44,483 bases of DNA from NCBI GenBank assembly GCA_944389575.1, contig CALXMX010000211.1, positions 1-44,483 on the forward strand, in the 5' to 3' direction. This DNA comes from an uncultured Opitutales bacterium (lineage in GTDB: Bacteria > Verrucomicrobiota > Verrucomicrobiia > Opitutales > Intestinicryptomonadaceae). The position numbers and the translations under genes were made by a program. This document shows, one piece after another, positions 18,498-28,795 of this stretch. Within the stretch, counting starts at the first letter, position 1. Each line of letters opens with the position of its first letter. The notes beneath the pieces are model-generated. The model saw only the letters and a program-made list of their open reading frames with translations, was not told where the DNA came from and made no database searches.

Positions 18498-20210
18498 ATG
18501 AAAAAACTACTGCTGATTCTCGCAATGGCCCTTCCCGCCGCCGACCTCCTCGCATGGGGCGCCGGCCACGACGTTCAAGTCGCGCAAACATTCCGGAGGC
18601 TTCCCCTGCAAATACGGGAAAACATATCCGACCAAAATCAAAAGGCCATGCTGCGCTGGGCGCACTATCCGGACGGGCACAAGAAGCCGTCGTCCAACGC
18701 GGAAGTCGTAAAGGCGTTGGGCGAGAGCGAGGCGAAATGGTTAGACGGCTTCATTCCGGTCCAATACGCCTTCCACTCAACAAACGGCAAGTGCGCCGCG
18801 TTTATGATGCTGGCAAAGTCGTTCCGCGAGAAAAGATACGACGCCGCGACTTTCTACATGGGCGCGCTCATGCACTCCATAGCCGATCCGAGCGCCTTCA
18901 ACCACGGGCCGCTGACGCACATGCTGACGTACTTTCGCTACAACAACGCCGCCTTCCCCAAGTGCAACTTGGACCTGATTGTTTACGACAACTCCCCGGA
19001 AATCCGCAAGCGCACCGAAGAGCTTCTCGAAGGATTCAAGCCCGACATGTCGGAGAGGAAGCTCGACGACGTTCTCACGGAATTGCAGATTCAAAGCTGG
19101 AAGGCCGCCGCATTTATGTCGTCGATAGAAAGCGGGCTGTACGTTCCGCCGGCCGCCGGGCAAAACTATTCCAAGGAATACGTAGAGACCATGGCGCAGA
19201 CGGCGAACCGCCAAATACGCGAGGGGGTGAACCTCGTCTGCGCCGCATGGGCAATAGCTAATTCCGGCCAGAAAATAGACATCGGGAATTCGGAATTTAC
19301 CAAGTCCGCAAAGGCGAAGATTCCGCGCCCGATAGCCGAGCGCGGCGAAAAGGCCATAGCCGAATTTGTAAAGGCGAAAAAACTTTCGGACGATTCTATA
19401 TACGCCGGCATTGCCGATGGAGCCGGGCCGCTTCCGGCCATAGGCGTCGTGGCCGAGCCGTCTATGGAAATGGGGATAGCCAAGCTCGGCTTTTCGAGCA
19501 GGTTCTTAGCAACGCTCTGCGCCAGGACTCTCAAGGCCGAGGGCAAGAGCTTCAGGCTCGTGAGTCTGTTCGACATCGAAAAGGGCGTCCCGAATCCGAA
19601 GGACATTCCCATTCTGATAATACCCACGCGGGCGGCGTTCCCCAACGCGAAGGAATTGAACAAGTATGTGGAAAGCGGCGGGAAGCTCCTCATAATCGGC
19701 GGAACGAACGCAAAAATAGCGAACTTGGGGGGATATTTTGCAAAGCGCCCGAACAATGAGACTCCGGTCTCGCCCGTGTACGGAACGGCAAATACAGAGG
19801 AAATAAAAGACATGAAAATCGAGTTCGACGGCTCGCTCGCGGAGGTCTCGAAGAAAAAAGTCGCCCCCTTTGCGGCAAACCCCAACACGCCGGCCGGCTG
19901 GGGCAAGCCCGTCGCAAATCTCGAAATCAAGATTCTCGACGACAAGGTCGTCCCGCTGGCCTGGCTCCAATACGGAAAGCACCAAACAAAATACTGCGTG
20001 TGCGCGGCGTTTAAAAATTCCGGCGGAGAAATATTCGCAATATGGCTTCCGCAATACCTAATCATGCCCATGTTGTTCACGCCCGAAAAGGAGCGCATGC
20101 CCGACTGGAGCAATCCGCAGCTCGACAGTTTCGCAAAGCCCATATTCGCGGAGTGCGTAAAGCTTCTCGAAAAACGGCAGGCCAAAGGCGATTCGGGCGG
20201 AAAAAATTAA
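18498..20210 (+). CDS. Secreted zinc-dependent phospholipase C / S1-P1 nuclease-like protein with an extra C-terminal domain
   Basis: Signal peptide ends LLA, leaving mature N-terminal WGAGH. HYPD, YAFH, LMHSIADP and FNH match the W-H-D-H-H-D-H metal-ligand pattern. The C-terminal LNKYVESGGKLLIIGG resembles a GATase-like/trimerisation domain. Confidence 0.6.
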   Translation: MKKLLLILAMALPAADLLAWGAGHDVQVAQTFRRLPLQIRENISDQNQKAMLRWAHYPDGHKKPSSNAEVVKALGESEAKWLDGFIPVQYAFHSTNGKCAAFMMLAKSFREKRYDAATFYMGALMHSIADPSAFNHGPLTHMLTYFRYNNAAFPKCNLDLIVYDNSPEIRKRTEELLEGFKPDMSERKLDDVLTELQIQSWKAAAFMSSIESGLYVPPAAGQNYSKEYVETMAQTANRQIREGVNLVCAAWAIANSGQKIDIGNSEFTKSAKAKIPRPIAERGEKAIAEFVKAKKLSDDSIYAGIADGAGPLPAIGVVAEPSMEMGIAKLGFSSRFLATLCARTLKAEGKSFRLVSLFDIEKGVPNPKDIPILIIPTRAAFPNAKELNKYVESGGKLLIIGGTNAKIANLGGYFAKRPNNETPVSPVYGTANTEEIKDMKIEFDGSLAEVSKKKVAPFAANPNTPAGWGKPVANLEIKILDDKVVPLAWLQYGKHQTKYCVCAAFKNSGGEIFAIWLPQYLIMPMLFTPEKERMPDWSNPQLDSFAKPIFAECVKLLEKRQAKGDSGGKN

Positions 20211-20641
20211 GCCGCGCTTCCTCCGTAAGAATAAGGCGAATAAGGCCGCAAAATTAAACAAGCGCGCGATTGATTGTAGCGCGCGCATTTTCAGTATTTA
20301 GCGGGCAATAAGCGCCTATCGCCCGCGCGCGGCTTTGGAGCCGCAAAACGGCGCTCTTCTTAAAAAAAATTCGCAAAAAAACCGCAGTTTTTTAAATTTT
20401 TAAAACAGACTATTATTAAAACGGACTATTCGCGCGCGGCGCCTGTTAGCGATTGCGTGTTGGCTTTGCGCCGCGCAATCGCGCTAATTCCGCTATTTAA
20501 AATCGCCGCGCAAATCGCATCGAAAAACCGAAGCACACCCTCCCCAATTCCGCCGTAAAAAACGCGTAGATTTCCACAATCCACAAGCTCTGCCGGAATC
20601 AGCCGCCACCAATTCGCAACGCGCAAATTGCGGCGGCGGCC

Positions 20642-20678
20642 AAAAAAACAGACAGTGAGATTTTCACTCTCACTGCCC
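20642..20678 (-). terminator. Intrinsic terminator for the GDSL gene
   Basis: Minus strand reads GGGCAGTGAGA-gtgaaaa-TCTCACTGTCT-G-TTTTTTT. Confidence 0.7.
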
Positions 20679-20786
20679 GCTTAGTTTGGAATCAAATTTA
20701 GCTTAAAATAAAACAACCAAGCAACAGGCAACCGCGCCGAAATACCGCGCCCGCATAGCGGCTCCCGGCGGAAGGGGGGGGAGACG

Positions 20787-21455
20787 TCACTTCGCGGATT
20801 TTTCGGCCTTCAAATCCTCCAGAATTTTTTTTGCGGCAGCCTCGGCCATTGCGCGCGCACCGTCGGCGTTGGGGTGGAGCTTGTCGGGGAAAAACTGCGG
20901 ACGGTCGGAAAGCGCGGTGTGCATATCTATCACGGGCAACCCGCGCTCGCGAGCGACTTTTCTGATAATGGGAATCACCCCGTTGAAAATCCTGTCCTCA
21001 TTTATGCCGCGCCCGTCGAGCTGGTAGAACGGACACGGATAGCACAGGTAGATTTTCGGCTTGGTCTCCAAGTTGGAGAACGCGTCTATCATGGCGTTGA
21101 GGTCCTTTTCAAACTCGCCGGCATGCTTCCAATTTTGCGGCTTGGTGTCGTTGGTGCCGAGCTTTATAATCACGATATTCGGATTGAACGCAAGCGCGTT
21201 GCGGTAGGCCGACGTCTTTATATAGGGGTGGTCGCCCTTTGAGAGCAGGGTCGTGCCGCTGACGCCGAAATTGCGCACGTCGAAGCCGCCGCCCAAAACG
21301 GCCCCCAGCTGCTGCGGATATTTTTGCTCCGCTTCTTTAATTCCGTGCCCGAAAGTGATGCTGTCGCCGACACATGATATTCTCGTCTTATCGGGCGCGG
21401 CAAAACACACACATGCCGCAAAAACCGAAACCGCCGCAATAATAGCCTTCTTCAT
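20787..21455 (-). CDS. Secreted SGNH/GDSL hydrolase (acetyl esterase-like)
   Basis: MKKAIIAA signal peptide; CVGDSIT, NFGVSG, LGTND and DKLHP blocks. 222 aa. Confidence 0.92.
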   Translation of the reverse strand: MKKAIIAAVSVFAACVCFAAPDKTRISCVGDSITFGHGIKEAEQKYPQQLGAVLGGGFDVRNFGVSGTTLLSKGDHPYIKTSAYRNALAFNPNIVIIKLGTNDTKPQNWKHAGEFEKDLNAMIDAFSNLETKPKIYLCYPCPFYQLDGRGINEDRIFNGVIPIIRKVARERGLPVIDMHTALSDRPQFFPDKLHPNADGARAMAEAAAKKILEDLKAEKSAK

Positions 21456-21464
21456 ACGCCCGAA

Positions 21465-21494
21465 ACAATAAGGCCGGCCGCGGGAAATTGTCAA
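21465..21494 (-). promoter_or_regulatory. Candidate sigma-70 promoter with near-leaderless geometry
   Basis: Minus strand TTGACA, N18, TATTGT, N9, ATG (21455); no SD. Confidence 0.5.
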
Positions 21495-21646
21495 CATAAG
21501 ACCAAAAGCTCAACCAAAAGCGCGGGAAAAAGCGCCAGATAAAAGCGCGAGAAAAAACGCGCATGCGGATTCGCGCGCAAAAAATGCGGCGAGATTTCCG
21601 ATTTTACTGGAAAATCCGGCGCCCCGGCCTATCCTTTTGCGGCGAA

Positions 21647-22147
21647 ATGAAAAAAGGGCAGACAGACAAGGTAATATTTTTGTGCACGGGCAACATCTGC
21701 CGTTCCCCCATGGCGGAGGCGCTCTTTAAACACGCGACGGCCGCGCTTCCCGAAGACAACCCGGTGCGCTCGCTTACGGCGCTGTCGGCGGGGACGTCGG
21801 CAATCGACGGGTTGCCGATTAGCCCCAATTCCGAAAAGGCTCTGGAATCCGTCGGGGTGCGCCTGCCGGGGCACGGGTCGAAACAGCTGACGGCGGAAAT
21901 GCTCGGCGAGTGTTTCGCGCTGTTTGCTATGGAGCAATCCCACCTGCAACTGGCCAGGCTGCAATTTGGAAAGCTGCCGGAGCGCAGTTTCGCCATGCTC
22001 GAATTTGTCAAGGGCTCCCCCGGAAGGGACATTGCCGACCCCTACGGATACGGCATCGACGTTTACGAGCGCACGCGCGACGAAATAGCGCAGTGCATTC
22101 CGCCTATTCTAAAATATCTCGAGAATGAACTTGCAAAAAACTCTTAG
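21647..22147 (+). CDS. Low-molecular-weight protein tyrosine/arginine phosphatase (YwlE/PtpB-like)
   Basis: P-loop FLCTGNICRSPMAE, SAGT and DIADPYG. Confidence 0.93.
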   Translation: MKKGQTDKVIFLCTGNICRSPMAEALFKHATAALPEDNPVRSLTALSAGTSAIDGLPISPNSEKALESVGVRLPGHGSKQLTAEMLGECFALFAMEQSHLQLARLQFGKLPERSFAMLEFVKGSPGRDIADPYGYGIDVYERTRDEIAQCIPPILKYLENELAKNS

Positions 22148-22577
22148 CATAGGCTCCGACCACGGCGGTTTCGCGCTGAAGGAGGAACTTAAAAAGCGCC
22201 TGTCGCAAAGCGGCTTCGCCTGCGAGGACGAGGGCTGCTTTTCGGCGGATTCGGTCGATTATCCGGACATCGCAAAGCTGGTGTGTTCCGACGTCGCGCG
22301 CGGAAAGTGCGGATTCGGCATACTGATATGCACGTCCGGGATAGGAATGAGCATGGCCGCGAACAAGGCCGACGGCATACGCGCCGCGCTCTGCCTTTCG
22401 GAGGACGCCGCAAAATTTTCGCGCATGCACAACGACGCCAACGTCCTCTGCCTCGGCGCGAAGTACCTCGACGCCGACCTCGCCGAGCGCATAGCGCTCC
22501 TGTTCGCCGAAACCGGATTCGACGGCGGGCGCCACGAGCGCCGCGTCAAAAAGATAATGTCCATTCAAAACGGCTGA
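22125..22577 (+). CDS. rpiB: Ribose 5-phosphate isomerase B
   Basis: IGSDHGG, VDYPD, ICTSGIGMSMAANK, RMHNDANVL and GGRHERR. Confidence 0.96.
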   Translation: MNLQKTLSIGSDHGGFALKEELKKRLSQSGFACEDEGCFSADSVDYPDIAKLVCSDVARGKCGFGILICTSGIGMSMAANKADGIRAALCLSEDAAKFSRMHNDANVLCLGAKYLDADLAERIALLFAETGFDGGRHERRVKKIMSIQNG

Positions 22578-22722
22578 AAATATCTCGGCAGTATACCAAA
22601 TTTTTGTTTGCCAAGAGGTGAAAAATTTGGGGTTATTCAAAAATCGAAAGCCCCGCCCCGGCGGGGGGCGCAAAGCCGCTTGAAAGACATCGAATCCAAA
22701 AAACATTTACCAGCAATTCGAC

Positions 22723-23982
22723 ATGAACAAACCCATCGCAAAAGGAAATCTCAAAGACATCGACCGCGCCGTATTCGACGCAATCAATGCCGAAACAAAC
22801 CGCCAGCAGACGCATATCGAGCTGATAGCCTCCGAAAATTTCGTCATGCCGGCCGTCATGGAGGCCATGGGCTCCACGCTGACGAACAAATACGCGGAAG
22901 GCTATCCCGGCAAGCGCTACTACGGCGGCTGCGAATTTGTGGACGTCGTGGAGCAGCTGGCGATAGACAGGGCGAAGGAGCTGTTCGGCGCGGAGCATGC
23001 GAACGTGCAGCCGCACTCGGGCTCGCAGGCGAACGTCGCCGTATATGTCGCGATGCTCAAGCCGGGCGACAAGATTCTCACAATGTCGCTCGAGCACGGC
23101 GGTCACCTTTCGCACGGGCACCCGAAGAACGTGTCGGGGCTGCTCTACAACGTAGTAAGCTACGGAGTGGACACCGAGACCGGATTTATAGACTACGACA
23201 AGCTTGAGGCGCAAGCGATTGCGGAAAGGCCGAAGCTGATAACGGTGGGTGCGTCGGCGTATCCGCGCGAGATAGACTTTGAGCGCATGGGAAAAATCGC
23301 CAAGAAGTGCGGGGCGCTTCTGATGGCGGACATCGCGCACATTGCGGGGCTTGTCGCGGCGGGGCTGCACCAGTCGCCCGTGGCGCATTGCGACTTTGTG
23401 ACGAGCACCACGCACAAGACGCTGCGCGGCCCGCGCGGAGGCCTGATAATGTGCAAGCAGGAATACGCCAAGGCGATAGATTCGGCAATATTTCCCGGAA
23501 CGCAAGGCGGGCCGCTCATGCACGTCATCGCGGCCAAGGCCGTCTGCTTTGGCGAGGCCCTCAAGCCGGAATTCAAGGAATACCAGGCGCAGATAGCCGC
23601 CAACGCGAAGGCGCTTGCGTCGGCCCTTTCGGAGCTGGGATTCGGCTTAGTGTCGGGCGGAACGGACAATCACTTAATACTTATCGACCTGCGCAAGAAC
23701 CTTCCCGAACTCACCGGCAAGGCCGCGCAAATCGCGCTCGACAAGGCTAACATCACCACGAACAAGAACACCGTTCCCGGAGAGACGCGCTCGCCGTTCC
23801 AGGCAAGCGGCATACGCCTCGGCACGCCCGCCGTCACAAGCCGCGGCATGAACGAAGGCGACATGCGGACAATCGCCGGGGCAATCGCCACGGTGCTGAA
23901 CAATCCGGAGGACGAAGCGAAAATCGCAGAGGCCAAGGCCGTGGCGCAGGAGCTGTGCGCCAAGTATCCGCTTCCCTACTGA
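22723..23982 (+). CDS. glyA: Serine hydroxymethyltransferase
   Basis: [33 protein letters not shown] and the PLP lysine motif [13 protein letters not shown]. Confidence 0.99.
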   Translation: MNKPIAKGNLKDIDRAVFDAINAETNRQQTHIELIASENFVMPAVMEAMGSTLTNKYAEGYPGKRYYGGCEFVDVVEQLAIDRAKELFGAEHANVQPHSGSQANVAVYVAMLKPGDKILTMSLEHGGHLSHGHPKNVSGLLYNVVSYGVDTETGFIDYDKLEAQAIAERPKLITVGASAYPREIDFERMGKIAKKCGALLMADIAHIAGLVAAGLHQSPVAHCDFVTSTTHKTLRGPRGGLIMCKQEYAKAIDSAIFPGTQGGPLMHVIAAKAVCFGEALKPEFKEYQAQIAANAKALASALSELGFGLVSGGTDNHLILIDLRKNLPELTGKAAQIALDKANITTNKNTVPGETRSPFQASGIRLGTPAVTSRGMNEGDMRTIAGAIATVLNNPEDEAKIAEAKAVAQELCAKYPLPY

Positions 23983-23998
23983 TTGGATTTCAAACGGG

Positions 23999-24029
23999 CG
24001 GGGGGATCGTAAATCTCCCCGTTTTTTTT
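23999..24029 (+). terminator. Intrinsic terminator after glyA
   Basis: CGGGGGGAT-cgtaa-ATCTCCCCG stem followed by T8. Confidence 0.8.
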
Positions 24030-24094
24030 CAAATTGATGCGGCAAAAAGCGCGCCGCGCAAACGCGCAAACATATACAATCCCACAACAAGCCC

Positions 24095-26044
24095 ATGAAC
24101 TGCGAAAACAAATCCGCAAAACTGTCCGAACTGATAAAAAAGGCCTCGGCCGAAAGCGCGCTGATGGATTGCGCGGCAAAAAACCTGCAAGACTGGCTCG
24201 ACGCGAAATTCCTTCCGGAGTGGGCGCTGGACTCGCTGTTGGAGCTTTTCGACTCCGGTCTCTACGAGGAAATCAATGACAGATTTTTCCGCCTGCTGGC
24301 CTTTGGCACGGGGGGAATGCGCGGGAAGACGATAGCAAAAAATCCCGCCAAGTCGGAGCTCGGGGCGGTGTCGGAACAGGGCACGCCCGAACACGCGGCG
24401 GTGGGGGCCAACAATATGAACGACTTTAACGTCGTCCGCGCCACGATAGGGCTTTTCAACTATTGCAAGGCCTATTTAGACGCGAAGGGAGGGGGCGCGC
24501 CGAAGCTCGCAATCGCGTACGACGTCCGCCACTTCTCAAAGCGCTTCGGGGAGCTTGCGGCGTCCACATGGACAAAACTCGGAGGGCGGGCGAGCATATT
24601 CGACTCGCCCCGCTCCACTCCGCAGCTCTCATACACCGTGCGCCGGCTGAAGGCGACCGCCGGCATAGTCATAACCGCAAGCCACAACCCAGCCTCGGAC
24701 AACGGCTACAAGGTGTACTTCAGCGACGGCGCGCAGGCGACCGACCCACACGCCAAAGGCATAGTGCTCGAAGTCGAAAAGGTGCCGTGGGGCGAAGTTA
24801 AGGATTTTCTCGCCCTTGATTTGTCGCGCGTAGAATACGTGTCGAAATCCGACGAGGACGCCTACGTGTCGTCGATAGAAAACTGCGTGATAGACCGCGG
24901 CGTCATGAAGGACAACAAGCCCAAAGTTGTATTTACGCCGGTGCACGGGACCGGCGCGGCGATGTGCCCGACGATAATGCGGCACTTCGGGCTGTCCCCG
25001 ATTTTGGTGGAGGAGCAGATGAAGATGGATCCGCGCTTTCCGACGGTAAAGCAGCCGAATCCGGAATACGCCGAAACGCTCACCATGGGCATCGAGACAA
25101 TGCGCAAGTCGGGGGCGGACTGCCTCATGGCGACCGATCCCGACGCCGACAGAATGGGCGTCGCAATCCGCGCGCGCAGCGGGGAGATACGCCTGCTTAC
25201 GGGGAACATGATAGGCTCGCTGCTGGCCGAATATAGGCTTACGCAGATGTCGGCCAAATCAATCATGACGCGGCCGGAGAGGTGCGCAATCATCAAGACG
25301 TTCGTCACAACGCCCCTCCAGGACGCCATAGCGGCCGCGCACGGGGTGAAGTGCATAAACACGCTCACCGGATTCAAATGGATCGGGAGCCGCCTCACGC
25401 GCTACGAAAATATTTTGGAGAAGGCAATCGGGAAAAGTTCCGACGCCCTGCCCTACCTCGAGCGCGCAAAGCTCATGCAGGAGCATTCCACGTTTTTCAT
25501 ATTCGGCGGAGAGGAGAGCTACGGATACCTGGGAACGGACTCCGTGCGCGACAAGGACGCAAACGCCGCCGTAATCATGTTCTGCGAAATGTTCGCATGG
25601 CTGAAGTCGCAGGGCAAGACGGTTGACGAGTATCTCGACGAAATATACCTCAAGCGCGGCTACTATCTGGAGGACCTCAAGAGCATTTACCGCGAAGGCG
25701 CCGCCGGCGCGCAGGCAATCCAGAATTTCCTAAAGCGCCTCGACGAACGCCCGTTCGAGACGGTCGGAGGCGCGCGGGTTTTAAAGTCCGTAAACTTCGC
25801 AAAGGACGACATAACCGACGCCGACGGCTGCCCCGTTCCGAAGGAAAAATTCTTCTTCTACACACTTGAAAACGGCTGCAGTTTCGCCATACGCGCCAGC
25901 GGGACGGAGCCGAAGATAAAGTTTTACGCCTTTGCAAGGGAGGACGCAAAAACGCCCGAAGAATTAAAAGGCGCCAAAGCGGACGCGAGAAAAAAGCTCG
26001 ACACAATGCTTGCGGCCCTTGAAGCGGAGTTCGACAACGCCTGA
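24095..26044 (+). CDS. Phospho-sugar mutase (phosphoglucomutase/phosphomannomutase)
   Basis: FGTGGMRG, catalytic ITASHNP, metal loop TDPDADR, GGEESYG and RASGTEPKIKFY. Confidence 0.95.
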   Translation: MNCENKSAKLSELIKKASAESALMDCAAKNLQDWLDAKFLPEWALDSLLELFDSGLYEEINDRFFRLLAFGTGGMRGKTIAKNPAKSELGAVSEQGTPEHAAVGANNMNDFNVVRATIGLFNYCKAYLDAKGGGAPKLAIAYDVRHFSKRFGELAASTWTKLGGRASIFDSPRSTPQLSYTVRRLKATAGIVITASHNPASDNGYKVYFSDGAQATDPHAKGIVLEVEKVPWGEVKDFLALDLSRVEYVSKSDEDAYVSSIENCVIDRGVMKDNKPKVVFTPVHGTGAAMCPTIMRHFGLSPILVEEQMKMDPRFPTVKQPNPEYAETLTMGIETMRKSGADCLMATDPDADRMGVAIRARSGEIRLLTGNMIGSLLAEYRLTQMSAKSIMTRPERCAIIKTFVTTPLQDAIAAAHGVKCINTLTGFKWIGSRLTRYENILEKAIGKSSDALPYLERAKLMQEHSTFFIFGGEESYGYLGTDSVRDKDANAAVIMFCEMFAWLKSQGKTVDEYLDEIYLKRGYYLEDLKSIYREGAAGAQAIQNFLKRLDERPFETVGGARVLKSVNFAKDDITDADGCPVPKEKFFFYTLENGCSFAIRASGTEPKIKFYAFAREDAKTPEELKGAKADARKKLDTMLAALEAEFDNA

Positions 26045-26344
26045 ATCGCAAAAAAAACAAATCGCGCCGAGACGTGCCGCGGCGCCGTGCTGTGAAATTG
26101 CCGGAAGGCGAAATGCCGCATAAACTTCTGCCGGCGCGCTTATCTTGCGGCGCGCATGTATCCCAAAACTAAAAATGCGCACACAACCACGGACGTGTGT
26201 GCTTCACATTGCAACGCTCACACACCCTCGCCACTCCGCGCGCTAAAAGCCCTGCGGCCATGCGTGCTTCACAGCCCTGTAATCACGTATGCTCCACAAC
26301 CCCGCGCGCCGCGCAACTCGCGGTGGCGCGACACACATAGACCG

Positions 26345-28042
26345 ATGCCCAACGCCGTTAAAGTAATACTCTCAATCGCAGCACTCGCATGCTGCGCCGG
26401 ACTGTTCGGGCAGCAGCCGAAAATTTTGTCGGAAGAAAAAATCTCCGCGGCGGAATTTGTGGAGAGAAATCGAGATTTAAAAAAGGCGGCCGAGTCGCTG
26501 GTAAATTCGGCGGTCGCGGAATACGAAAGCCGCGGGGGAGATTTGGGACTGGCGGAGGAAAAGCTGTGGTACGGAAAATTTCTTGCGCATTTGGACAAAT
26601 CCGGCGCGAAATTTCCGGATCCGCTCCTGGAGCTGTTCGCAAACGACGCCGGCTTGACGGTGGAATTCGCGCGCACTCTTTCCCCGCTGGACAACATTCC
26701 CGTTGCATTCAAAATTCTTTGCGACATTTACGCCGACTCCTCCGCGGACTTCGCCGAATTTTCCCGCCTCGCCTGCGCAATCGCCGTAGTTTTCGACACC
26801 CCCGCTCCGAAATCGTGGCCGCACTCGCAAGTCAGCCCGAAAGTCTTGAAGCGCGACATGGGCGACCCCGTCAAAGCCTTCAAAACGCACATCGACAGCC
26901 GGCGTCGCGGAAAATTTTTGCTCAAGACCGAAAAGTTAGAAATAGAGGAGCTAAAATATCTGGTCGCCTCGCTCGCCGACGACGCCGACCGCGATTGGGT
27001 TTTCAAAAATGTGACATTTACCATAAACACCCTGCCCAAGCTCTATTCCTCCGTCGAATACAGCCACGGCAGAATCAACGCAAAGCAATTCGACTGGCCG
27101 GGAACGGACTATTCCCTAAAGAGCATAAAGAAGGAGGGCGGAATATGCGTCGACCAGGCCTACTACACGGCCGAGGCCGCAAAAATACGCGGCCTACCGG
27201 CGTTCATATTCTCCGGGGCCGGCAGCGACGGCTTTCACGCGTGGGTGGCGTACATGCAAAAATCGGGAAAGTGGAATTTCGACGTCGGCAGATACGCCAG
27301 CGCTAAATTCGTCACCGGCCACACGCTCGATCCGCAGACGTGGAAGCCGGCCTCCGACCACGCGCTAAACTCCATGCGCGAGGCGTTCCGCGAGAGCCAA
27401 AAATACCGGACAAACCTAATCCATGCCGCATTTGCAAAATTGTATGCCGGCTCCGGCGACTTCGCAAAATCCGAAAAGGCCGCGCGCGCCGCAATAGCCT
27501 CTGACCCACGCAATGCGGAGGCGTGGGACGCGCTAATACTCGCGCTCGAAAAGTCCGGCGCCGGCAGGAAGGCGCTAATAGACGCCTATCAAAGCGCCGT
27601 AAAAGCCTTCGGCCGCTATCCGGACGTAGAGGCGCAGTACAGGCGCAGGCTCATAAAGCTCATCGAGGGCGACGATCCGGCATTGGCAAGGAGAATATCC
27701 ACGCAGATGATTTCAAAGACAAAGACGCAGCGCCCCGACATAGCGATGGAATTCGCCCGCAGAGCCGTAGAAAAGGACATAGAATCCGACAACCTCGACA
27801 GGCTCGACACCAATTACAAAACTCTCCTGGGAATGTTTAAGGGCAACGCCGCCATAGCCGTAAACGGGATAACGATGCCCGTGCTAAACAAGCTAATAAA
27901 AGAAGACAAAATGCAAAAGTGCGACGCCATAATAAAGGCCACGCGCCAAGTCCTGAAAGCCAAGGGCGACTCGAACGTCGGCGCCGCCTTGGACTCGATA
28001 GAATCCCAACTGGAGGCAATCAGATCACGGCTTCAAAAGTAG
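26345..28042 (+). CDS. Secreted hypothetical protein with a transglutaminase-like Cys-His-Asp core and TPR-like helical C-terminus
   Basis: Signal-like MPNAVKVILSIAALACCAGLFG; GGICVDQAYY, GFHAWVAY and WNFD in transglutaminase-like order; TPR-like AKLYAGSGDFAKSEKAARAAIASDPRNAEAW. Confidence 0.6.
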   Translation: MPNAVKVILSIAALACCAGLFGQQPKILSEEKISAAEFVERNRDLKKAAESLVNSAVAEYESRGGDLGLAEEKLWYGKFLAHLDKSGAKFPDPLLELFANDAGLTVEFARTLSPLDNIPVAFKILCDIYADSSADFAEFSRLACAIAVVFDTPAPKSWPHSQVSPKVLKRDMGDPVKAFKTHIDSRRRGKFLLKTEKLEIEELKYLVASLADDADRDWVFKNVTFTINTLPKLYSSVEYSHGRINAKQFDWPGTDYSLKSIKKEGGICVDQAYYTAEAAKIRGLPAFIFSGAGSDGFHAWVAYMQKSGKWNFDVGRYASAKFVTGHTLDPQTWKPASDHALNSMREAFRESQKYRTNLIHAAFAKLYAGSGDFAKSEKAARAAIASDPRNAEAWDALILALEKSGAGRKALIDAYQSAVKAFGRYPDVEAQYRRRLIKLIEGDDPALARRISTQMISKTKTQRPDIAMEFARRAVEKDIESDNLDRLDTNYKTLLGMFKGNAAIAVNGITMPVLNKLIKEDKMQKCDAIIKATRQVLKAKGDSNVGAALDSIESQLEAIRSRLQK

Positions 28043-28795
28043 CCCCCACCTATCCGCTTTAATTCGCAATCCTCTATAGTCCGAGTTTTCGCCCGTCCGC
28101 GCGCCGAACTAAAAACATGCGCGAATATGCGCGAAAAAAAATGGCGACGCATTTTTGCGCCAACCCCCGGCCAAACGACATCGGAAAGATTCCACGCCCC
28201 GCGCGCCCGGCAAAACGCCGCGCCAAACGGCGCGCGGACACGGACACAGACACGAACGCGGGCGCAGCGCGCAGGCAACGCACACGGAACGCATGCGAAG
28301 CGGATATGAAACGCGCAGACAGCGTACGGAGCGCGCGCAATGCCGCTCCCTTAAACTTTCTTAAAAAAATCGCGCAGCAGATAAAACCGCGCGACATATT
28401 TTTTCCGCCGACATAAATTGAACAATCCCTTGCCAAAACGCGCGAAAAAACGACGCGCAAATTCTTCGCGCATTTTCCAAAGGCCTCTCTACCAATCTGG
28501 CGAATTGGAATTTTCAAAGTTGGGCTTGCAATCAATACCGCGGCAAAGGCGCGCACCGGCAAACCACGTCTTTTCCGCAAGGCGGCACTCTCCTCGCAAG
28601 CGCGCGAAGTGTTCCGCACGCGCGCCGCAACGCGCACTACAAATTTTTTTCCGGCGCGCCCGGCCCGGATTTTTTTAGCAAACGAATTTGCCGGGCGGAT
28701 TTATCCGACAAGACTTGCCGCGCTAAAAAAACGAAAGAGAGTCCGAAACTGCCGCGCATTGCTGCCGCGCATTGCCGCCGCGCGCTAAAATTTAA

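Noticed and set aside
19166-20185. Long antisense ORFs (also 12875-13771, 10661-11737, 28799-29770)
   Set aside because: They shadow well-supported genes on the opposite strand and show no independent protein features.
22578-22722. ZTP, glycine or THF riboswitch upstream of glyA
   Set aside because: The conserved core sequences were not found by eye; kept only as a generic structured region.
21647-23982. Disrupted phosphatase-RpiB-GlyA fusion
   Set aside because: The three genes are in three different frames, each complete with its own start and stop.
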